64,000 nucleotides of DNA from Alphaproteobacteria bacterium (GTDB lineage: Bacteria; Pseudomonadota; Alphaproteobacteria; JBBDQX01). The DNA is taken from contig OZ271840.1 of the NCBI GenBank assembly GCA_965601735.1, forward strand, positions 1,080,402 to 1,144,401, given 5' to 3'. Below the pieces are notes generated by a model. That model worked only from the letters and a program-made list of their open reading frames with translations, ran no database searches and had not been told where the DNA came from. Position 1 is the stretch's first letter. Each line of letters starts with the position of its first letter. A program made the position numbers and the translations under genes. Shown here in pieces: positions 1 to 11,304 of this stretch.

Positions 1-519
1 GATGGCATGGGCGGTCTCTTCGCCATAGGCCTCGGCCCAGCTCTGCCATAACCAGTCGGGCTGATTCAGTCGGTCCGTCTCGAGGTTCCCTAACAGGGAG
101 TCGGCATCCCGGGCGATGCGCCGCAATACGGCGTTGACTAGCCCACGGAACGGCGCGGCCCGTCGTGCAGCCATGCGCACCGCCCCGTCCACTGCGGCAT
201 GGGCCGGGGTGCCGAGGAAAAGCAGCTGGCAGGCACCGAGTCGCAGGGCTTGCATTGCGGGCGCAGCACGGCGCGGCAAGGGCTTGTCGAGACAGGCGTC
301 GAGCACCGCGTCGATCTCGCCGCGCCGGCGCAGCACCGTGGACGCCAGCAGCCGGGCGAAGGCGCGGTCGCGGGGTTCCATCGCCGCAAGACTGGTGTTG
401 CCGGCAATGGCATCGTCGAGCGGTGTGTTGCGCGAGAGCACGGCATCCAGAAGGCCGGCCGCTGTGGCCCGAGCGGCCTGTCCCGGTGCAGGCCGGGAGG
501 ACTCTGATTCCTGATTCAT
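1..519 (-). CDS. rsmB: 16S rRNA m5C967 methyltransferase RsmB/Sun, N-terminal NusB-like region (3' end lies outside window)
   Basis: Minus-strand frame is open from the ATG at 517-519 to the window edge. Translation MNQESESSRPAPGQAARATAAGLLDAVL...GLVNAVLRRIARD resembles the NusB-like N-terminal domain of RsmB. Absent from the ORF track because there is no stop inside the window. Confidence 0.5.
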   Translation of the reverse strand, partial: MNQESESSRPAPGQAARATAAGLLDAVLSRNTPLDDAIAGNTSLAAMEPRDRAFARLLASTVLRRRGEIDAVLDACLDKPLPRRAAPAMQALRLGACQLLFLGTPAHAAVDGAVRMAARRAAPFRGLVNAVLRRIARDADSLLGNLETDRLNQPDWLWQSWAEAYGEETAHAI

Positions 520-566
520 CGGGCGGTGATGCCCGAGCACGCGGCGTTAGGCAAGCGCCGCCCGGG

Positions 567-1433
567 CTAACCCCAGGGGCCGGTGCCCTGCGATGGGGAC
601 TGACCCGCCATCTCGCGCAGCTTCGCAATGCGCCTGGCGGTGGGCGGGTGCGTGGAGAACAGACCGTCGATGCTGTGCACATGCAGCGGATTGATAATGA
701 ACATGTGCGCCGTTGCCGGATGGTGCTCAGCCGCGTGGTTGTCGATCCGCTTGGCCGCGGAGTCGAGGCTTTCGAGCGCTGAGGCCAGCCAGAGTGGCTG
801 GCGGCAGATCTCCGCACCACGACGGTCAGCGGCGTATTCCCGGGTCCGCGAAATCGCCGTTTGAACCAGCATCGCCGCCATAGGGGCGAGGATCATCATC
901 AGCACCACACCAACGATGCCGAGCGGGTTGTTGCGGTTGCCGCCAAAAAACAGGGCGAAGTTCGCCAGCATCGAGATGGCGCCCGCGATCGTCGCGGTTA
1001 CCGTCATGATCAGCGTGTCACGATTCTCGATGTGGGCCAGCTCGTGGGCCATCACGCCGGCGACCTGCTCGTGGTTCATGCTGCGAAGCAGGCCTGTCGT
1101 CGCGGCGACCGCCGCATTCTCAGGATTGCGGCCAGTGGCGAAGGCGTTCGGCTGGTCATTCTCGATGATATAGACCTTGGGCATCGGCAAATCCGCGTTG
1201 CGCGCCAGCTGCTCCGTGATGCCGTAGAGCGCCGGGGCGCTGCTGCGGTCCACCTGGCGCGCGCCATACATGCGCAGCACCATCTTGTCGGAGTTCCAGT
1301 ACGCGAACAGATTCATGCCGCCGGCGAAGACCAGCGCCATCAACATGCCGGCCTCGCCGCCCAGCATGAAGCCAACCGCCATGAACAGGGCAGTCATAGC
1401 GGCCAGAAGGAGAGCGGTGCGTGCGTATCCCAT
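567..1433 (-). CDS. htpX: Zinc metalloprotease HtpX
   Basis: Track ORF 567..1505, trimmed to M25 (MGYARTALL...). HELAHI zinc motif. Multiple TM segments. About 288 aa, typical HtpX length. Confidence 0.85.
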   Translation of the reverse strand: MGYARTALLLAAMTALFMAVGFMLGGEAGMLMALVFAGGMNLFAYWNSDKMVLRMYGARQVDRSSAPALYGITEQLARNADLPMPKVYIIENDQPNAFATGRNPENAAVAATTGLLRSMNHEQVAGVMAHELAHIENRDTLIMTVTATIAGAISMLANFALFFGGNRNNPLGIVGVVLMMILAPMAAMLVQTAISRTREYAADRRGAEICRQPLWLASALESLDSAAKRIDNHAAEHHPATAHMFIINPLHVHSIDGLFSTHPPTARRIAKLREMAGQSPSQGTGPWG

Positions 1434-1531
1434 AATGTCTATGGAATGGGCATCACGGCCCGCGAATTCAACCGCTTGCGGCCCTTGCGGCAGCGCGCCG
1501 GGCACGCCATCTTCGGCTCAGGAGAACACAC

Positions 1532-1717
1532 ATGACCGAAAATACAGACGCGCCCAAAACCGCCGGGGCGCAAGAAGCCGCCAAGCCGGACGCAGAGAAG
1601 GCCAAGGTGCATCCGCTGACCGGCAAGCCAATGGCGAAAGAGATCAACGGCCCAAAGGGTCCTGAACCCACCCGCTATGGCGACTGGGAGCAGAAAGGAC
1701 GCTGCAGCGACTTCTGA
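1532..1717 (+). CDS. DUF1674 / SDHAF4-like small protein
   Basis: 61 aa ending ...TRYGDWEQKGRCSDF, the hallmark C-terminal motif of DUF1674. RBS aggagaac lies upstream of the ATG. Confidence 0.6.
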   Translation: MTENTDAPKTAGAQEAAKPDAEKAKVHPLTGKPMAKEINGPKGPEPTRYGDWEQKGRCSDF

Positions 1718-1744
1718 GCCGCTCTGCTCGTTGGCGCGTCGCCG

Positions 1745-3682
1745 CTAACGGTTCATCCGGTTGTCGATCAGGTCGTCGACGACCTGCGGTTCCGCCAGCG
1801 TCGAGGTATCGCCCAGGTTGCTGTAATCGTTCTCAGCGATCTTCCGGAGGATACGGCGCATGATCTTGCCTGAGCGGGTTTTCGGCAGGCCCGGCGCCCA
1901 TTGGATCAGATCGGGTGAGGCGATGGGGCCAATATCCTTGCGGACCCATTGCACCAGCTCTTTTCGCAGCTCTTCCGAGGGCGACGCGCCGGCAACCAGG
2001 GTGACATAGGCGTAAATCCCCTGGCCCTTGATCTCGTGAGGGTAGCCGACCACCGCAGCCTCGGCGACCTTGGCATGGGCAACCAGCGCGCTCTCCACCT
2101 CTGCCGTACCCATACGATGACCAGAGACGTTGATTACGTCATCGACGCGGCCAGTGATCCAGTAGTAGCCGTCGGCATCGCGCCGCGCCCCATCACCGGA
2201 GAAATACTTCCCCGGGAAGGTCGAGAAATAGGTTTCGACGAAGCGCTTGTGGTCGCCATAGACAGTGCGCATCTGTCCGGGCCATGAGTCGACGATGCAC
2301 AGATTGCCCTCGGTCGCGCCGTCGAGGATGTTGCCTTCGCCATCAACGATCGCCGGCTGTACCCCGAAGAATGGCAGCGTCGCTGAGCCGGGTTTTAGAG
2401 TCGTTGCACCGGGAAGCGGTGTAATCAGGATGCCGCCGGTCTCGGTTTGCCACCAAGTATCGACAATGGGGCAGCGCTCATCCCCGATGCAGTTGTAGTA
2501 CCACATCCAGGCTTCTGGATTGATCGGCTCGCCGACCGAGCCGAGGAGTCGGAGTGACGTACGCTTGGTCTTCTCCACGGGCGCCAGGCCCTCGCGCATC
2601 AGCGCGCGGATCGCAGTCGGCGCGGTATAGAAGATATCGACTTGGTGCTTGTCGCAGACCTGCCAGAAGCGCGCCGCATCCGGGTAATTCGGCACGCCCT
2701 CGAAGACCAAGGTCGTGGCCCCGTTGGCCAGCGGGCCGTAAACGATATAACTGTGGCCGGTGACCCAGCCGACATCAGCGGTGCACCAATAGACGTCGTC
2801 CTCGTGATAATCGAAGACGTACTGGTGGGTCATCGAGGTGTAGACCATGTAGCCGCCGGTGGTGTGCAGCACGCCCTTCGGTTTTCCAGTCGACCCAGAG
2901 GTATAGAGGATGAACAGCGGATCCTCCGCGTTCATTTCTTCAGGCGGGCACTCCGCTGGCTGGTCGGCGAGAGCGTCGTGATACCAGACATCGCGGCTGT
3001 CATCCCACGCGACGTCCCCACCGGTCCGCTTGACCACCACGACCTTCTTGACGCCGGGGCAGGTCTCCAGCGCCTTGTCTGTGTTGGCCTTGAGTGGCAC
3101 GGTCCGACCGCCGCGCAGACCTTCGTCGGCGGTAATAACGAATTCCGACTCGCAGTCCTGGATGCGGTTGGCGAGGCTGTCGGGCGAGAAACCCCCGAAC
3201 ACCACGGAATGGATCGCGCCGATTCGCGCGCAGGCGAGCATCGCTACCGGCGCTTCCACGACCATCGGCATATAGATCGTGACCCGGTCGCCCTTCTTGA
3301 CGCCGAGTGCCCGCAACGCGTTGCCGAAGCGGCAGACTTCTTCGTAGAGCTCGCGATAGCTGACCTTGCGGTCATCTGCGGGGTCATCGCCCTCCCAGAT
3401 GATCGCGGTCTTGTCGCCGCGGGCTTCCAAGTGCCGGTCCAGACAGTTGACCGAGGCATTGAGGGTGCCGTCGAGGAACCAGCGGATATGCACATCGCCG
3501 GTGTAAGAAACGTCCTTCACCTGGCTGTAGGGCTTGATCCAGTCGATGCGCTTGCCGTGCTTACCCCAAAAACCCTCCGGGTCCGAGACGGACTGCGCGT
3601 ACATTTCAGCGTATTTGTCTGCGTCCACCCAGGCCTTGGTGGCCATCTCAGCGGGCACCGGGAACGTCAGTTCCTCGTTCAT
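1745..3682 (-). CDS. acs: Acetyl-CoA synthetase (AMP-forming)
   Basis: Track ORF trimmed to M28 ([10 protein letters not shown]...), giving 645 aa. AMP-binding motifs [11 protein letters not shown] and the typical Acs N-terminus are present. GGAGGAGATC lies just upstream of the ATG. Confidence 0.9.
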   Translation of the reverse strand: MNEELTFPVPAEMATKAWVDADKYAEMYAQSVSDPEGFWGKHGKRIDWIKPYSQVKDVSYTGDVHIRWFLDGTLNASVNCLDRHLEARGDKTAIIWEGDDPADDRKVSYRELYEEVCRFGNALRALGVKKGDRVTIYMPMVVEAPVAMLACARIGAIHSVVFGGFSPDSLANRIQDCESEFVITADEGLRGGRTVPLKANTDKALETCPGVKKVVVVKRTGGDVAWDDSRDVWYHDALADQPAECPPEEMNAEDPLFILYTSGSTGKPKGVLHTTGGYMVYTSMTHQYVFDYHEDDVYWCTADVGWVTGHSYIVYGPLANGATTLVFEGVPNYPDAARFWQVCDKHQVDIFYTAPTAIRALMREGLAPVEKTKRTSLRLLGSVGEPINPEAWMWYYNCIGDERCPIVDTWWQTETGGILITPLPGATTLKPGSATLPFFGVQPAIVDGEGNILDGATEGNLCIVDSWPGQMRTVYGDHKRFVETYFSTFPGKYFSGDGARRDADGYYWITGRVDDVINVSGHRMGTAEVESALVAHAKVAEAAVVGYPHEIKGQGIYAYVTLVAGASPSEELRKELVQWVRKDIGPIASPDLIQWAPGLPKTRSGKIMRRILRKIAENDYSNLGDTSTLAEPQVVDDLIDNRMNR

Positions 3683-3785
3683 GATCTCCTCCCCTAGACG
3701 CTTCGGTCGGCTCTTGTTCGGGCCGTATGCGCGGATTATCGGAGGAAGCGGCGCCGCAGACAAGCAAGCGCCTCGGTGCTGCTGA

Positions 3786-4139
3786 TCAGGGCAGGGCGAC
3801 GATCACGGCGCCGTCGGTAACGCGGACTTGCAGCACCTCGAGATACTCGCCATAGCAGGGACCAGAGATGCACTCACCGTCCTCAACCTCGAACAGCGCG
3901 CCGTGGGTGCTGCACTGGATATGGCTGCCGTCCTGTGTCAGGAAGACGTCCGGCTGCCAGTTGAGCGGCGTTCCAAGATGCGGGCAGGAGTTGATGTACG
4001 CCTTGACCCCGTCGCCCTGACGCAACAAGAACAGGCCGGCCGGCGCGTCGATGCCGTCGACGCGGGCGAATCCCCGGGTTGCGCCGTCCTCGATCTCTTC
4101 GAGGCGGCACAGCAGCCGCTCGTTGTCCTTAAGGTCCAT
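3786..4139 (-). CDS. Rieske [2Fe-2S] domain protein
   Basis: CPHLG...CSTHGA forms CxH...CxxH Rieske ligand boxes. The start is ambiguous: a TTG at 4181 or the ATG at 4139. Confidence 0.55.
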   Translation of the reverse strand: MDLKDNERLLCRLEEIEDGATRGFARVDGIDAPAGLFLLRQGDGVKAYINSCPHLGTPLNWQPDVFLTQDGSHIQCSTHGALFEVEDGECISGPCYGEYLEVLQVRVTDGAVIVALP

Positions 4140-4153
4140 TCGGTTGCCGGTTC

Positions 4154-4567
4154 CTAGGGCTTGATGCCGCCCATCTTGCAAATCAACTTCCAGGACTTGG
4201 CGTCGATCGGCATGACCGAAAGCCGCGACTGCTTAACCAGCGGTAGCTCACTGAGATGCGGGTCCGCTTTGATATCGGCGAGAGTAACCGGGGCCTTCAG
4301 TGCCTCTATCGCCTTGAAGTCGACCATGCCGAAGCGGCCGCTCTTGTCCGTCGGATCCGGGTAGTATTCCTTAGAAACCTGCAGGGTGCCGACAATCTGC
4401 TTCTCGTTCACCGAGTGATAGAAGAACGCGCGGTCGCCCTTCTTCATCGCCTTCATGTTGTTCGCGGCCTGGTGGTTGCGCACGCCATCCCACTCCGCCG
4501 TACCGGCCTTTACATGGTCATCCCAGGACCATGCGCCGGGTTCTGATTTGACCAGCCAGTAGTTCAT
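4154..4567 (-). CDS. EVE (PUA-like) domain protein
   Basis: 137 aa. MNYWLVKSEPGAWSWDD...FYHS is the typical EVE/thymocyte-nuclear-protein-like fold signature. Confidence 0.7.
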   Translation of the reverse strand: MNYWLVKSEPGAWSWDDHVKAGTAEWDGVRNHQAANNMKAMKKGDRAFFYHSVNEKQIVGTLQVSKEYYPDPTDKSGRFGMVDFKAIEALKAPVTLADIKADPHLSELPLVKQSRLSVMPIDAKSWKLICKMGGIKP

Positions 4568-4635
4568 CGCGCGCTGTCTCCCTTGCTTCTCCGCAGGCCG
4601 CGTACCCTAGTGTCCTGTACTGGCCGCCGCAACGC

Positions 4636-5643
4636 TCAGCGGCCGACCGCCTCGCTCCGCAGGGGGCGATTGAGGAGACCCTCGATGGCCGCGTCGACAT
4701 CCAGCTTGCCGGTCACGATGCCGGCGACGGCCGAACAGATTGGCATATCGACCCCTAGCTTCGCTGCCAGCGCCACGACCGCCGGCGCGCTGGCGACGCC
4801 TTCGGCCACTGAACGGCGTTCCGCCAGTATCTCGGCCAGGGTGCGGCCTTCGCCCAACGCCATCCCCAGCGACATATTGCGCGACTGGTGCCCATTGCAG
4901 GTAAGGGTCAGATCGCCCAGCCCCGCAAGACCCATCAGCGTCTCCGGTCTTGCGCCCTTCGCGGCGCCGAGCCGCACGATCTCGGCCAGGCCGCGGGTGA
5001 TCAGCGCGGCGCGCGCATTGTCGCCGAGCTTGCGTCCATCGACGATGCCGCAGGCAATGGCCAGCACATTCTTAGCCGCGCCGCCGACCTCCGCCCCCAC
5101 CGGGTCGTCCGACAGGTAGGGCCGGAGGGCGCGGCCACCGATCGCTGCGACCAGCTGTTGGCCCAGTGCGGGATCGGCGCAGGCCAGGGTCACTGCGGTT
5201 GGCAGGCCCATGGCCACCTCGCGCGCAAAGGTCGGACCGGAGAGCACCGCCTGCGGGATCCCCGGCAGGGCTTCTGCAATGACCTCTGTCATCAGCGCAC
5301 CGCTGTGCTGTTCGATGCCCTTAGCGCAGATCACTGCCGCCGCGCTGGTCGGCCAGTGCGGGCGCAGCCGCTCCGCCACCGCTCGCAGAAACTGGGACGG
5401 CACGACCAGTAGGACTGCTTCCGCAGCACTGATGGCCGACGGGTCGCTGCTCGCACTGATTCCCTGATCCAGCGAAATGCCGGCCAGGAAATCCGGGTTC
5501 TCGTGGTCTGAGTTAATTCGGTCCGCAACCTCTGGCTCGTGCGCCCATAGCACCACCTCCGTCGCGGACGCCCGCCGCAGCGCCACGGCCAACGCGGTGC
5601 CCCAGGCACCCGCGCCAACGACGGCGAGGCGGTCCATGCTCAT
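4636..5643 (-). CDS. gpsA: Glycerol-3-phosphate dehydrogenase [NAD(P)+]
   Basis: 335 aa. N-terminal [13 protein letters not shown] dinucleotide-binding motif. Overlaps tsaD by 4 nt. Confidence 0.85.
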   Translation of the reverse strand: MSMDRLAVVGAGAWGTALAVALRRASATEVVLWAHEPEVADRINSDHENPDFLAGISLDQGISASSDPSAISAAEAVLLVVPSQFLRAVAERLRPHWPTSAAAVICAKGIEQHSGALMTEVIAEALPGIPQAVLSGPTFAREVAMGLPTAVTLACADPALGQQLVAAIGGRALRPYLSDDPVGAEVGGAAKNVLAIACGIVDGRKLGDNARAALITRGLAEIVRLGAAKGARPETLMGLAGLGDLTLTCNGHQSRNMSLGMALGEGRTLAEILAERRSVAEGVASAPAVVALAAKLGVDMPICSAVAGIVTGKLDVDAAIEGLLNRPLRSEAVGR

Positions 5644-6704
5644 GCCTTGACCCCGGCGCCTGTGGCGGCCGGCGCATCCGGGTCAAGTGGCCAGCGCGGA
5701 CGGGGTGCGAAATCCAGCCCGTCTGTGGCGCCCGCGCGCAGGCGCTCGATACCGGCCCAGGCGACCATCACCGCATTGTCGGTGCACAGGCGCGGCGGTG
5801 GCGCAGTCAGGTGGAACCCGGCGGCAGCCGCCGTCTCTCCCAGCGCTGTGCGTAACGCCGCGTTGGCCGCGACCCCGCCAGCGACGACCAGGTCGCGCGC
5901 GTCCGTATGGTCGGCAGCGAAGATTGCGATAGCGCGGGCGGTACGGTCGGCGAGACTCTCGGCCACCGCCGCCTGGAAGCTCGCGGCAATATCTGCCCGG
6001 GCGTTCTCCGACAAGGGCGCGTGTGCCTCCACAATGTGTCGGACTGCGGTCTTCAGGCCTGAGAACGAGAAATCGCAGCCGTCCCGCCCCTTCATCGGCC
6101 GCGGTAGCGCAAACCGGCTCGCATCGCCGCGCGTCGCAAGCTGCTCAATCTGGGGCCCGCCGGGATAGGGTAAGCCAAGCAGCTTCGCCGTCTTGTCGAA
6201 TGCCTCACCGACCGCGTCGTCAATGGTCGTGCCCAGACGCTTGTATTGACCCACGCCCTCGACGGCCAGCAGCTGGCTGTGGCCGCCGGAAACCAGCAAC
6301 AGCAGGTAGGGAAAATCGAGATCGTCGGTCAGCCGCGCGGTCAGCGCATGGGCTTCCAGATGGTTGATGGCCAGGAACGCCGACCCGCTCGCCGCAGCGA
6401 TGGCCTTGGCGGTTGTGATGCCAACGATGACTCCGCCGATCAGGCCTGGCCCGCCGGTTGCGGCGACCGCGTCGAGCGCGTCGAACCTAAGGCCGGCCTC
6501 GTCCATGGCTTCTGCGATCAGGCTGTCGAGATGGTCGATATGACTGCGCGCGGCGATCTCCGGCACGATTCCGCCGTAGGGGGCGTGTGCCTCGGTCTGG
6601 GACAGCAGGCGCTCCGACAGGATGGTGGCGCCACCCGCGTCCTCGGCGCGCAGGATCGCCGCGGCGGTCTCGTCACAGCTGGTTTCGATGCCCAATACGA
6701 TCAT
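5640..6704 (-). CDS. tsaD: tRNA N6-adenosine threonylcarbamoyltransferase TsaD (Kae1/Gcp)
   Basis: 354 aa. [18 protein letters not shown]-terminus, HLEAH metal site, and the conserved tsaD-gpsA pairing seen in alphaproteobacteria. Confidence 0.85.
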   Translation of the reverse strand: MIVLGIETSCDETAAAILRAEDAGGATILSERLLSQTEAHAPYGGIVPEIAARSHIDHLDSLIAEAMDEAGLRFDALDAVAATGGPGLIGGVIVGITTAKAIAAASGSAFLAINHLEAHALTARLTDDLDFPYLLLLVSGGHSQLLAVEGVGQYKRLGTTIDDAVGEAFDKTAKLLGLPYPGGPQIEQLATRGDASRFALPRPMKGRDGCDFSFSGLKTAVRHIVEAHAPLSENARADIAASFQAAVAESLADRTARAIAIFAADHTDARDLVVAGGVAANAALRTALGETAAAAGFHLTAPPPRLCTDNAVMVAWAGIERLRAGATDGLDFAPRPRWPLDPDAPAATGAGVKA

Positions 6705-6789
6705 GGCCGGACCTTACACGCTGGTCCGGGCGATCACCACTTTGGACGCGGCCCTTCCCACGGCTGCGCCGCTGTCGTACACAAATCGC

Positions 6790-7731
6790 ATGACCGAATC
6801 TGCACCCCGACCGCTGCTGCGTCTTGGCACCCGTGCCAGCCGCCTCGCCCGTATCCAGACCGAAGCCGCAACTGCCGCGCTGCAAGCGGTCGAACCGGCC
6901 CTGAACGAAGAGGGTGCCGTTACCGCGGTACCCATCACCACCACCGGAGATGCCGTACTTGACCGGCCGCTGGCCGAGATCGGCGGCAAGGGCCTGTTTG
7001 CCAAGGAAATCGACGCTGCCTTGCTGGACGGTCGTGTCGACGCCGCGGTGCATTCCTGCAAGGACCTAGAGACCCAGCTTCCCGATGGAATCGTCATCGC
7101 AGCGATGCTGCCGCGTGCGGATGTCCGCGATGCGCTGATCGCCGCCGACGGCACCGCGAGCATCGCCGACCTGCCGGAAGGCGCACGGCTGGGCACATCG
7201 TCGCTGCGCCGCGCTGCTCAGGCGCTGCACCGCCGGCCGGACCTGCAGATCGTCCCGCTGCGGGGCAATGTCCAGACCCGGCTCAGCAAGGTTGCCGATG
7301 GCACCGTCGATGCTGCGATCCTCGCCCTTGCCGGTCTTGATCGACTAGGCATGGCGGACAAGGTGACCGGCGTCCTCAACCCTGACGAGATGCTGCCCGC
7401 CGCTGCTCAGGGCGCAGTTGCCCTGGCCTGCCGCGAAGACGACGCTGCCACGCGGGAACTGCTAGCCCGTGTGCATGACCGTGACACCGGCCTTTGCGTC
7501 GATGCGGAGCGTGCCATGCTGGCGGCGCTCGACGGGTCTTGCCAGACGCCGATCGGCGGCCTAGCAGCGCTCGACGGCGGTAACCTGGCCCTGCGCGGCC
7601 TGGTTGCCACCGAGGATGGCACCGCCCTGTTTACCGAGGCAGGCGAGGCATCTGCCGAAGAAGGCCTGGCGCTTGGCGCGCGGGTCGGCGCTGCCCTGCG
7701 CGCGGCGGCGGGAGAGCGCGTCTTTTCATGA
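6790..7731 (+). CDS. hemC: Porphobilinogen deaminase (hydroxymethylbilane synthase)
   Basis: Track ORF trimmed to M57 (MTESAPRPLLRLGTRASRLARIQTE...). Canonical HemC N-terminus. About 313 aa. Divergent from tsaD. Confidence 0.85.
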   Translation: MTESAPRPLLRLGTRASRLARIQTEAATAALQAVEPALNEEGAVTAVPITTTGDAVLDRPLAEIGGKGLFAKEIDAALLDGRVDAAVHSCKDLETQLPDGIVIAAMLPRADVRDALIAADGTASIADLPEGARLGTSSLRRAAQALHRRPDLQIVPLRGNVQTRLSKVADGTVDAAILALAGLDRLGMADKVTGVLNPDEMLPAAAQGAVALACREDDAATRELLARVHDRDTGLCVDAERAMLAALDGSCQTPIGGLAALDGGNLALRGLVATEDGTALFTEAGEASAEEGLALGARVGAALRAAAGERVFS

Positions 7732-8492
7732 CGGCCCGAGTGCCGCGGGTCCTGGTCACGCGGCCGCAGCCTGAAGGCGCCGCACTGGCTGCGGACCTCG
7801 CCGCGCATGGCTTTGAGACGATCCAGGCACCGATGCTTGAGATTGGACCCGTGGGCGGCCCCCCGCCAGATGTTGCCGGAGTGCAGGCGGTCGTCCTGAC
7901 CAGTGCCGCTGCTGCGCGCTTTGCTGGCAACAATGATGCACTGCTTGCATTGCCCGTATACGCGGTGGGCGATGCGACAGCAGAGGCCGCCAGCGCAGCG
8001 GACTTCGCCGAAGCGACCAGCGCTGATGGCGACGCCACCGATCTTGGTCGGCTGGTGGCCGGCGCCTGCGACCCGGCAGCGGGCGCCATTCTGCACCTGT
8101 CGGGCCGCGCGGTCGCGGGCGACCTCGGGGGAATACTTGACGCGGCCGGTTTCACTCTGCGGCGGCACATCGTTTACGAAGCGCGGCCCTCAGAAGCCCT
8201 GCCAGAGGCCGCACGCAGCGCCCTGGCCGCTGCGGCCATCGACGCTGTCTTGTTTTTTTCTCCGCGCAGTGCAGCGACCTTTGTTACTCTCGCGCGTCGC
8301 GCGGAGGTCGCCGGCGGCTGCCGTCATGCCCTGGCGCTATGTATCAGCGCCGCTGTTGCCGAGGCTGCGGCTGCGCTCGATTGGCGCGCGGTCGAATGCG
8401 CTGCGCGGCCGGGCCGGGCAGCGATGGCGGATTTGGTTGCTGCGGCCTTTCCTGACGTTGCCGGCAAGTTGGACGAACCAGGACACCCATGA
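7728..8492 (+). CDS. hemD: Uroporphyrinogen-III synthase
   Basis: 254 aa, HemD-like (VLVTRPQPEG...). ATGA overlap with hemC. Confidence 0.7.
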   Translation: MTARVPRVLVTRPQPEGAALAADLAAHGFETIQAPMLEIGPVGGPPPDVAGVQAVVLTSAAAARFAGNNDALLALPVYAVGDATAEAASAADFAEATSADGDATDLGRLVAGACDPAAGAILHLSGRAVAGDLGGILDAAGFTLRRHIVYEARPSEALPEAARSALAAAAIDAVLFFSPRSAATFVTLARRAEVAGGCRHALALCISAAVAEAAAALDWRAVECAARPGRAAMADLVAAAFPDVAGKLDEPGHP

Positions 8493-9727
8493 GCAAGGCG
8501 CCCAAGGAAAGCAAAACGACCAGCGCGAAGACGGCGGATCGCGGCAAGAAGCGCACCAAGAAAGTTGCGCCGAAACCGCAGCCTGTGCCTGAAACCGCGC
8601 CCGCACAGCCTGCGTCTAGCGACGACGGCGGAGGCCGTCAGGCTGCCCTTTTTGCGGGCGCAGCCGCGGCCCTGTTCCTGCTGGTTGCTGTCGTCGGCGC
8701 CCTCGTGGCCACCCGCTTCTATTGGGAGCCCGCCCTGGTTGCCCACGCGCGCCAATTGCTCGGCATGGAGGCCGCGCCGGACCCGTTGGCCGACCTGCGC
8801 GCCCGGGTCGCGGCCCTGGAATCCGTGCCCGAACAGGAAGCCGCCGCGCCGGCCATCGATACCCTGCGCGCGGAGGGAGCCCGCCTCGGCGAGAACATGG
8901 CAGGTCTTGTCGGGCGGGTTAATGATATCGACCAGGCCCTGCGCACCCTGCGTGCCGAGGTAGAAGCCGGAGACGGCGCTGCCGAACGCGATGCCGCCCG
9001 TGCCGATCTTGAGGCTTTGAGGCGTAACTTGTCCCAGCGGCTCGACGAGTTGCGGGCCCAGGGCGACGCGGGGCGGCGGGTCGATGGCGGTCGGCTGGAG
9101 GCGCTGGAGCAGGATAAGGCGGCACTTCTGCAGCGGCTTGAAACCGTGGCGGATCGGCTGGCGGCATTGGAGGACGATGTCGAACGCCAGGCCAGCCGAT
9201 TTACCGAACCAAGCGCCCTTGTGCTTGCAGTTTCTGCCCTACGCCGAGCGGTTGAGAGCGGCGGCGGATTCGCATCTGAACTCGATACTGTGGCGCGGTT
9301 CGCCTCGGAGCGCAGCGACTTGCAGCCCCATGTGTCCGCGTTGCGCACGGCGGCGCCCTCAGGGGTGCCAACCCTGGTCGCGTTGCAGCGGCGGTTCGAA
9401 GACCTGGCGGCCGGGGTCGCGCGGACAGGCCCTGGCGGTAGCGGCTGGGTCGATGAGCTCGTCGACCGGATCGGCGCGATGGTGTCGATCCGCCGCACCG
9501 ATATCGCCACCGGCGACAGCCCCGATGCCATCCTCCTGCGCGCCCAGGCGCACCTGGCAGCCGGCGATCTTGCCGCCGCGGTGGCCGAACTCGGCGCGTT
9601 GCCGGAAACCGCACGCGGTGTGGCGCAGCCCTGGCTCGACGATGCTGCCCGGCGTCTTGCTGCGCTTGAGTCGATTCGTGCCCTGGAGGCCGCCCTGCTG
9701 TCGGGCGGCGCAGCCGCGAGGGGCTGA
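8489..9727 (+). CDS. HemX-annotated coiled-coil membrane protein, probable alphaproteobacterial Mic60/mitofilin homolog
   Basis: 412 aa. Lys-rich N-terminus, one TM helix, a long Ala/Arg/Glu/Leu-rich coiled-coil region, and a C-terminal domain. Sits between hemD and the hemY-like gene, the conserved position of alpha-Mic60 in alphaproteobacteria. Confidence 0.5.
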   Translation: MSKAPKESKTTSAKTADRGKKRTKKVAPKPQPVPETAPAQPASSDDGGGRQAALFAGAAAALFLLVAVVGALVATRFYWEPALVAHARQLLGMEAAPDPLADLRARVAALESVPEQEAAAPAIDTLRAEGARLGENMAGLVGRVNDIDQALRTLRAEVEAGDGAAERDAARADLEALRRNLSQRLDELRAQGDAGRRVDGGRLEALEQDKAALLQRLETVADRLAALEDDVERQASRFTEPSALVLAVSALRRAVESGGGFASELDTVARFASERSDLQPHVSALRTAAPSGVPTLVALQRRFEDLAAGVARTGPGGSGWVDELVDRIGAMVSIRRTDIATGDSPDAILLRAQAHLAAGDLAAAVAELGALPETARGVAQPWLDDAARRLAALESIRALEAALLSGGAAARG

Positions 9728-9729
9728 GC

Positions 9730-11097
9730 GTGCTCCGCGCCATTCGCTATTTCATCCTGCTCGCGGTGGCGGTGGCCGGCGCCGTGTGGCTGGCTGAACG
9801 TCCAGGCAGTGTCACCATCGACTGGCTTGGCTATCGCATCGAGACGCCGGTGGCGGTGCTGGTGGTAGCAGCCGTTGCCCTGGCAGCGGTGTCCGGGCTT
9901 CTGGCCCGACTGCTGGTCGCCTTGCGCCGGGCACCGGGCGACTTTCGGACCTGGCGCGAGGCGCGGCGCCGGCGCCGCGGTTACGCGGCGCTGACCCAGG
10001 GCCTCGTCGCGGTTGCTGCTGGCGATGCCGAATCCGCTGCCCGGTTGGCTGGGCGCGCTGATGGCCTGCTTGGCGAGCCGCCGCTGACCATGCTGCTATC
10101 CGCCCAGGCAGCGCAGCTCAATGGCGATGACCGGGCGGCTGAAACCTATTTCACCGCGATGCTGGACGAGCCTGAGATGGCGTTCCTTGGTCTGCGTGGC
10201 TTGCTGACCCAGGCGATGCGCGAGGGCGACACCGGCAAGGCCCTGGAACTCGCCGAGCGGGCCCGCAAGATGAAGCCGTCGGCAGCCTGGCCGATGATGG
10301 CGATGTTCGATCTACAGGTCGGGCGCGGCGACTGGACCGCGGCTACCATGACAATTGAGGAGGCAACCCGCCGGAAACTCATCGCCCGGGACGCCGGTCG
10401 CCGCCGCGAGGCGGTCCTGCTCTATCGCCGCAGTTTGGAAGTCATCCCCGGCGTGTCTGGTGACGAGGCGTTCCGACTGAGCCGGCGCGCCCATGAGCTG
10501 GCGCCCGACCTGGTGCCGGCGACGGTACGCTATGCGCAGTTGCTACTCGACCGCGGCCGCCGCCGCCGCGTGCCCGACATCCTGCGTGAGGCGTGGCGCC
10601 GGGCGCCGCACCCGGACTTCGTGCCCTTGCATGACGCTTGTTTTAGCGAGGACAGCCCCCTGCAGCGGGTGAAGCGGCTGCGTGGCCTGACCGGCAGCAA
10701 CCCGGATCACGCCGAGAGCCATGTGGCCCTTGGTCAGGCCAACCTTGATGCAGAACTTTGGGGCCCCGCGCGCCAGCATCTTGAGGCGGCCGAACGTACG
10801 ATGCCGACCGCCCGCGTCTACCGTCTGCTGGCTCAGCTTGAGGAGCGTGAGCATGGCGATGGCGCAGCCGTGCGTGATTGGCTCGAACGCGCCGCGGCGG
10901 CGGACCCCGACCCGGTCTGGACCTGCCGAAACTGCGGCGCGGCGACCCGTCACTGGGCGCCGGTTTGCGGTGAGTGCGCCAGCTTCGACAGCTATGCCTG
11001 GCAGCCGCCCCGCCGCGGCGTCCCAGTCGCCGCGCTACCACTTTCGACCCAGCCCGGAACGCTGGCACGACCTGACAGCGCCCCGACCGAGAGCTAA
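9730..11097 (+). CDS. hemY: HemY-like TPR membrane protein with C-terminal zinc ribbon
   Basis: 455 aa. Two N-terminal TM helices, TPR-like repeats, and a C-terminal CRNCG...CGEC motif. Typical partner of hemC/hemD/hemX clusters. Confidence 0.65.
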   Translation: MLRAIRYFILLAVAVAGAVWLAERPGSVTIDWLGYRIETPVAVLVVAAVALAAVSGLLARLLVALRRAPGDFRTWREARRRRRGYAALTQGLVAVAAGDAESAARLAGRADGLLGEPPLTMLLSAQAAQLNGDDRAAETYFTAMLDEPEMAFLGLRGLLTQAMREGDTGKALELAERARKMKPSAAWPMMAMFDLQVGRGDWTAATMTIEEATRRKLIARDAGRRREAVLLYRRSLEVIPGVSGDEAFRLSRRAHELAPDLVPATVRYAQLLLDRGRRRRVPDILREAWRRAPHPDFVPLHDACFSEDSPLQRVKRLRGLTGSNPDHAESHVALGQANLDAELWGPARQHLEAAERTMPTARVYRLLAQLEEREHGDGAAVRDWLERAAAADPDPVWTCRNCGAATRHWAPVCGECASFDSYAWQPPRRGVPVAALPLSTQPGTLARPDSAPTES

Positions 11098-11166
11098 CCC
11101 GCATTGGCGCGGCGCGGCGCGGCTTGCAGTGGCCTGGCGCCGGCCTTATCTTCCCGACGATTCAGG

Positions 11167-11241
<75 letters not shown>

Positions 11242-11304
11242 TTTTCCCGATATCAGCTGATGGCAATCGCGTCCTTGCCGAGACGCGGATGCATGGGTCG
11301 CGGC

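Noticed and set aside
2642-3697. 351-aa plus-strand ORF, among the longest in the track
   Set aside because: It lies entirely antisense within the well-supported acs gene and has no recognisable motifs. This is the typical long open antisense frame of a high-GC genome.
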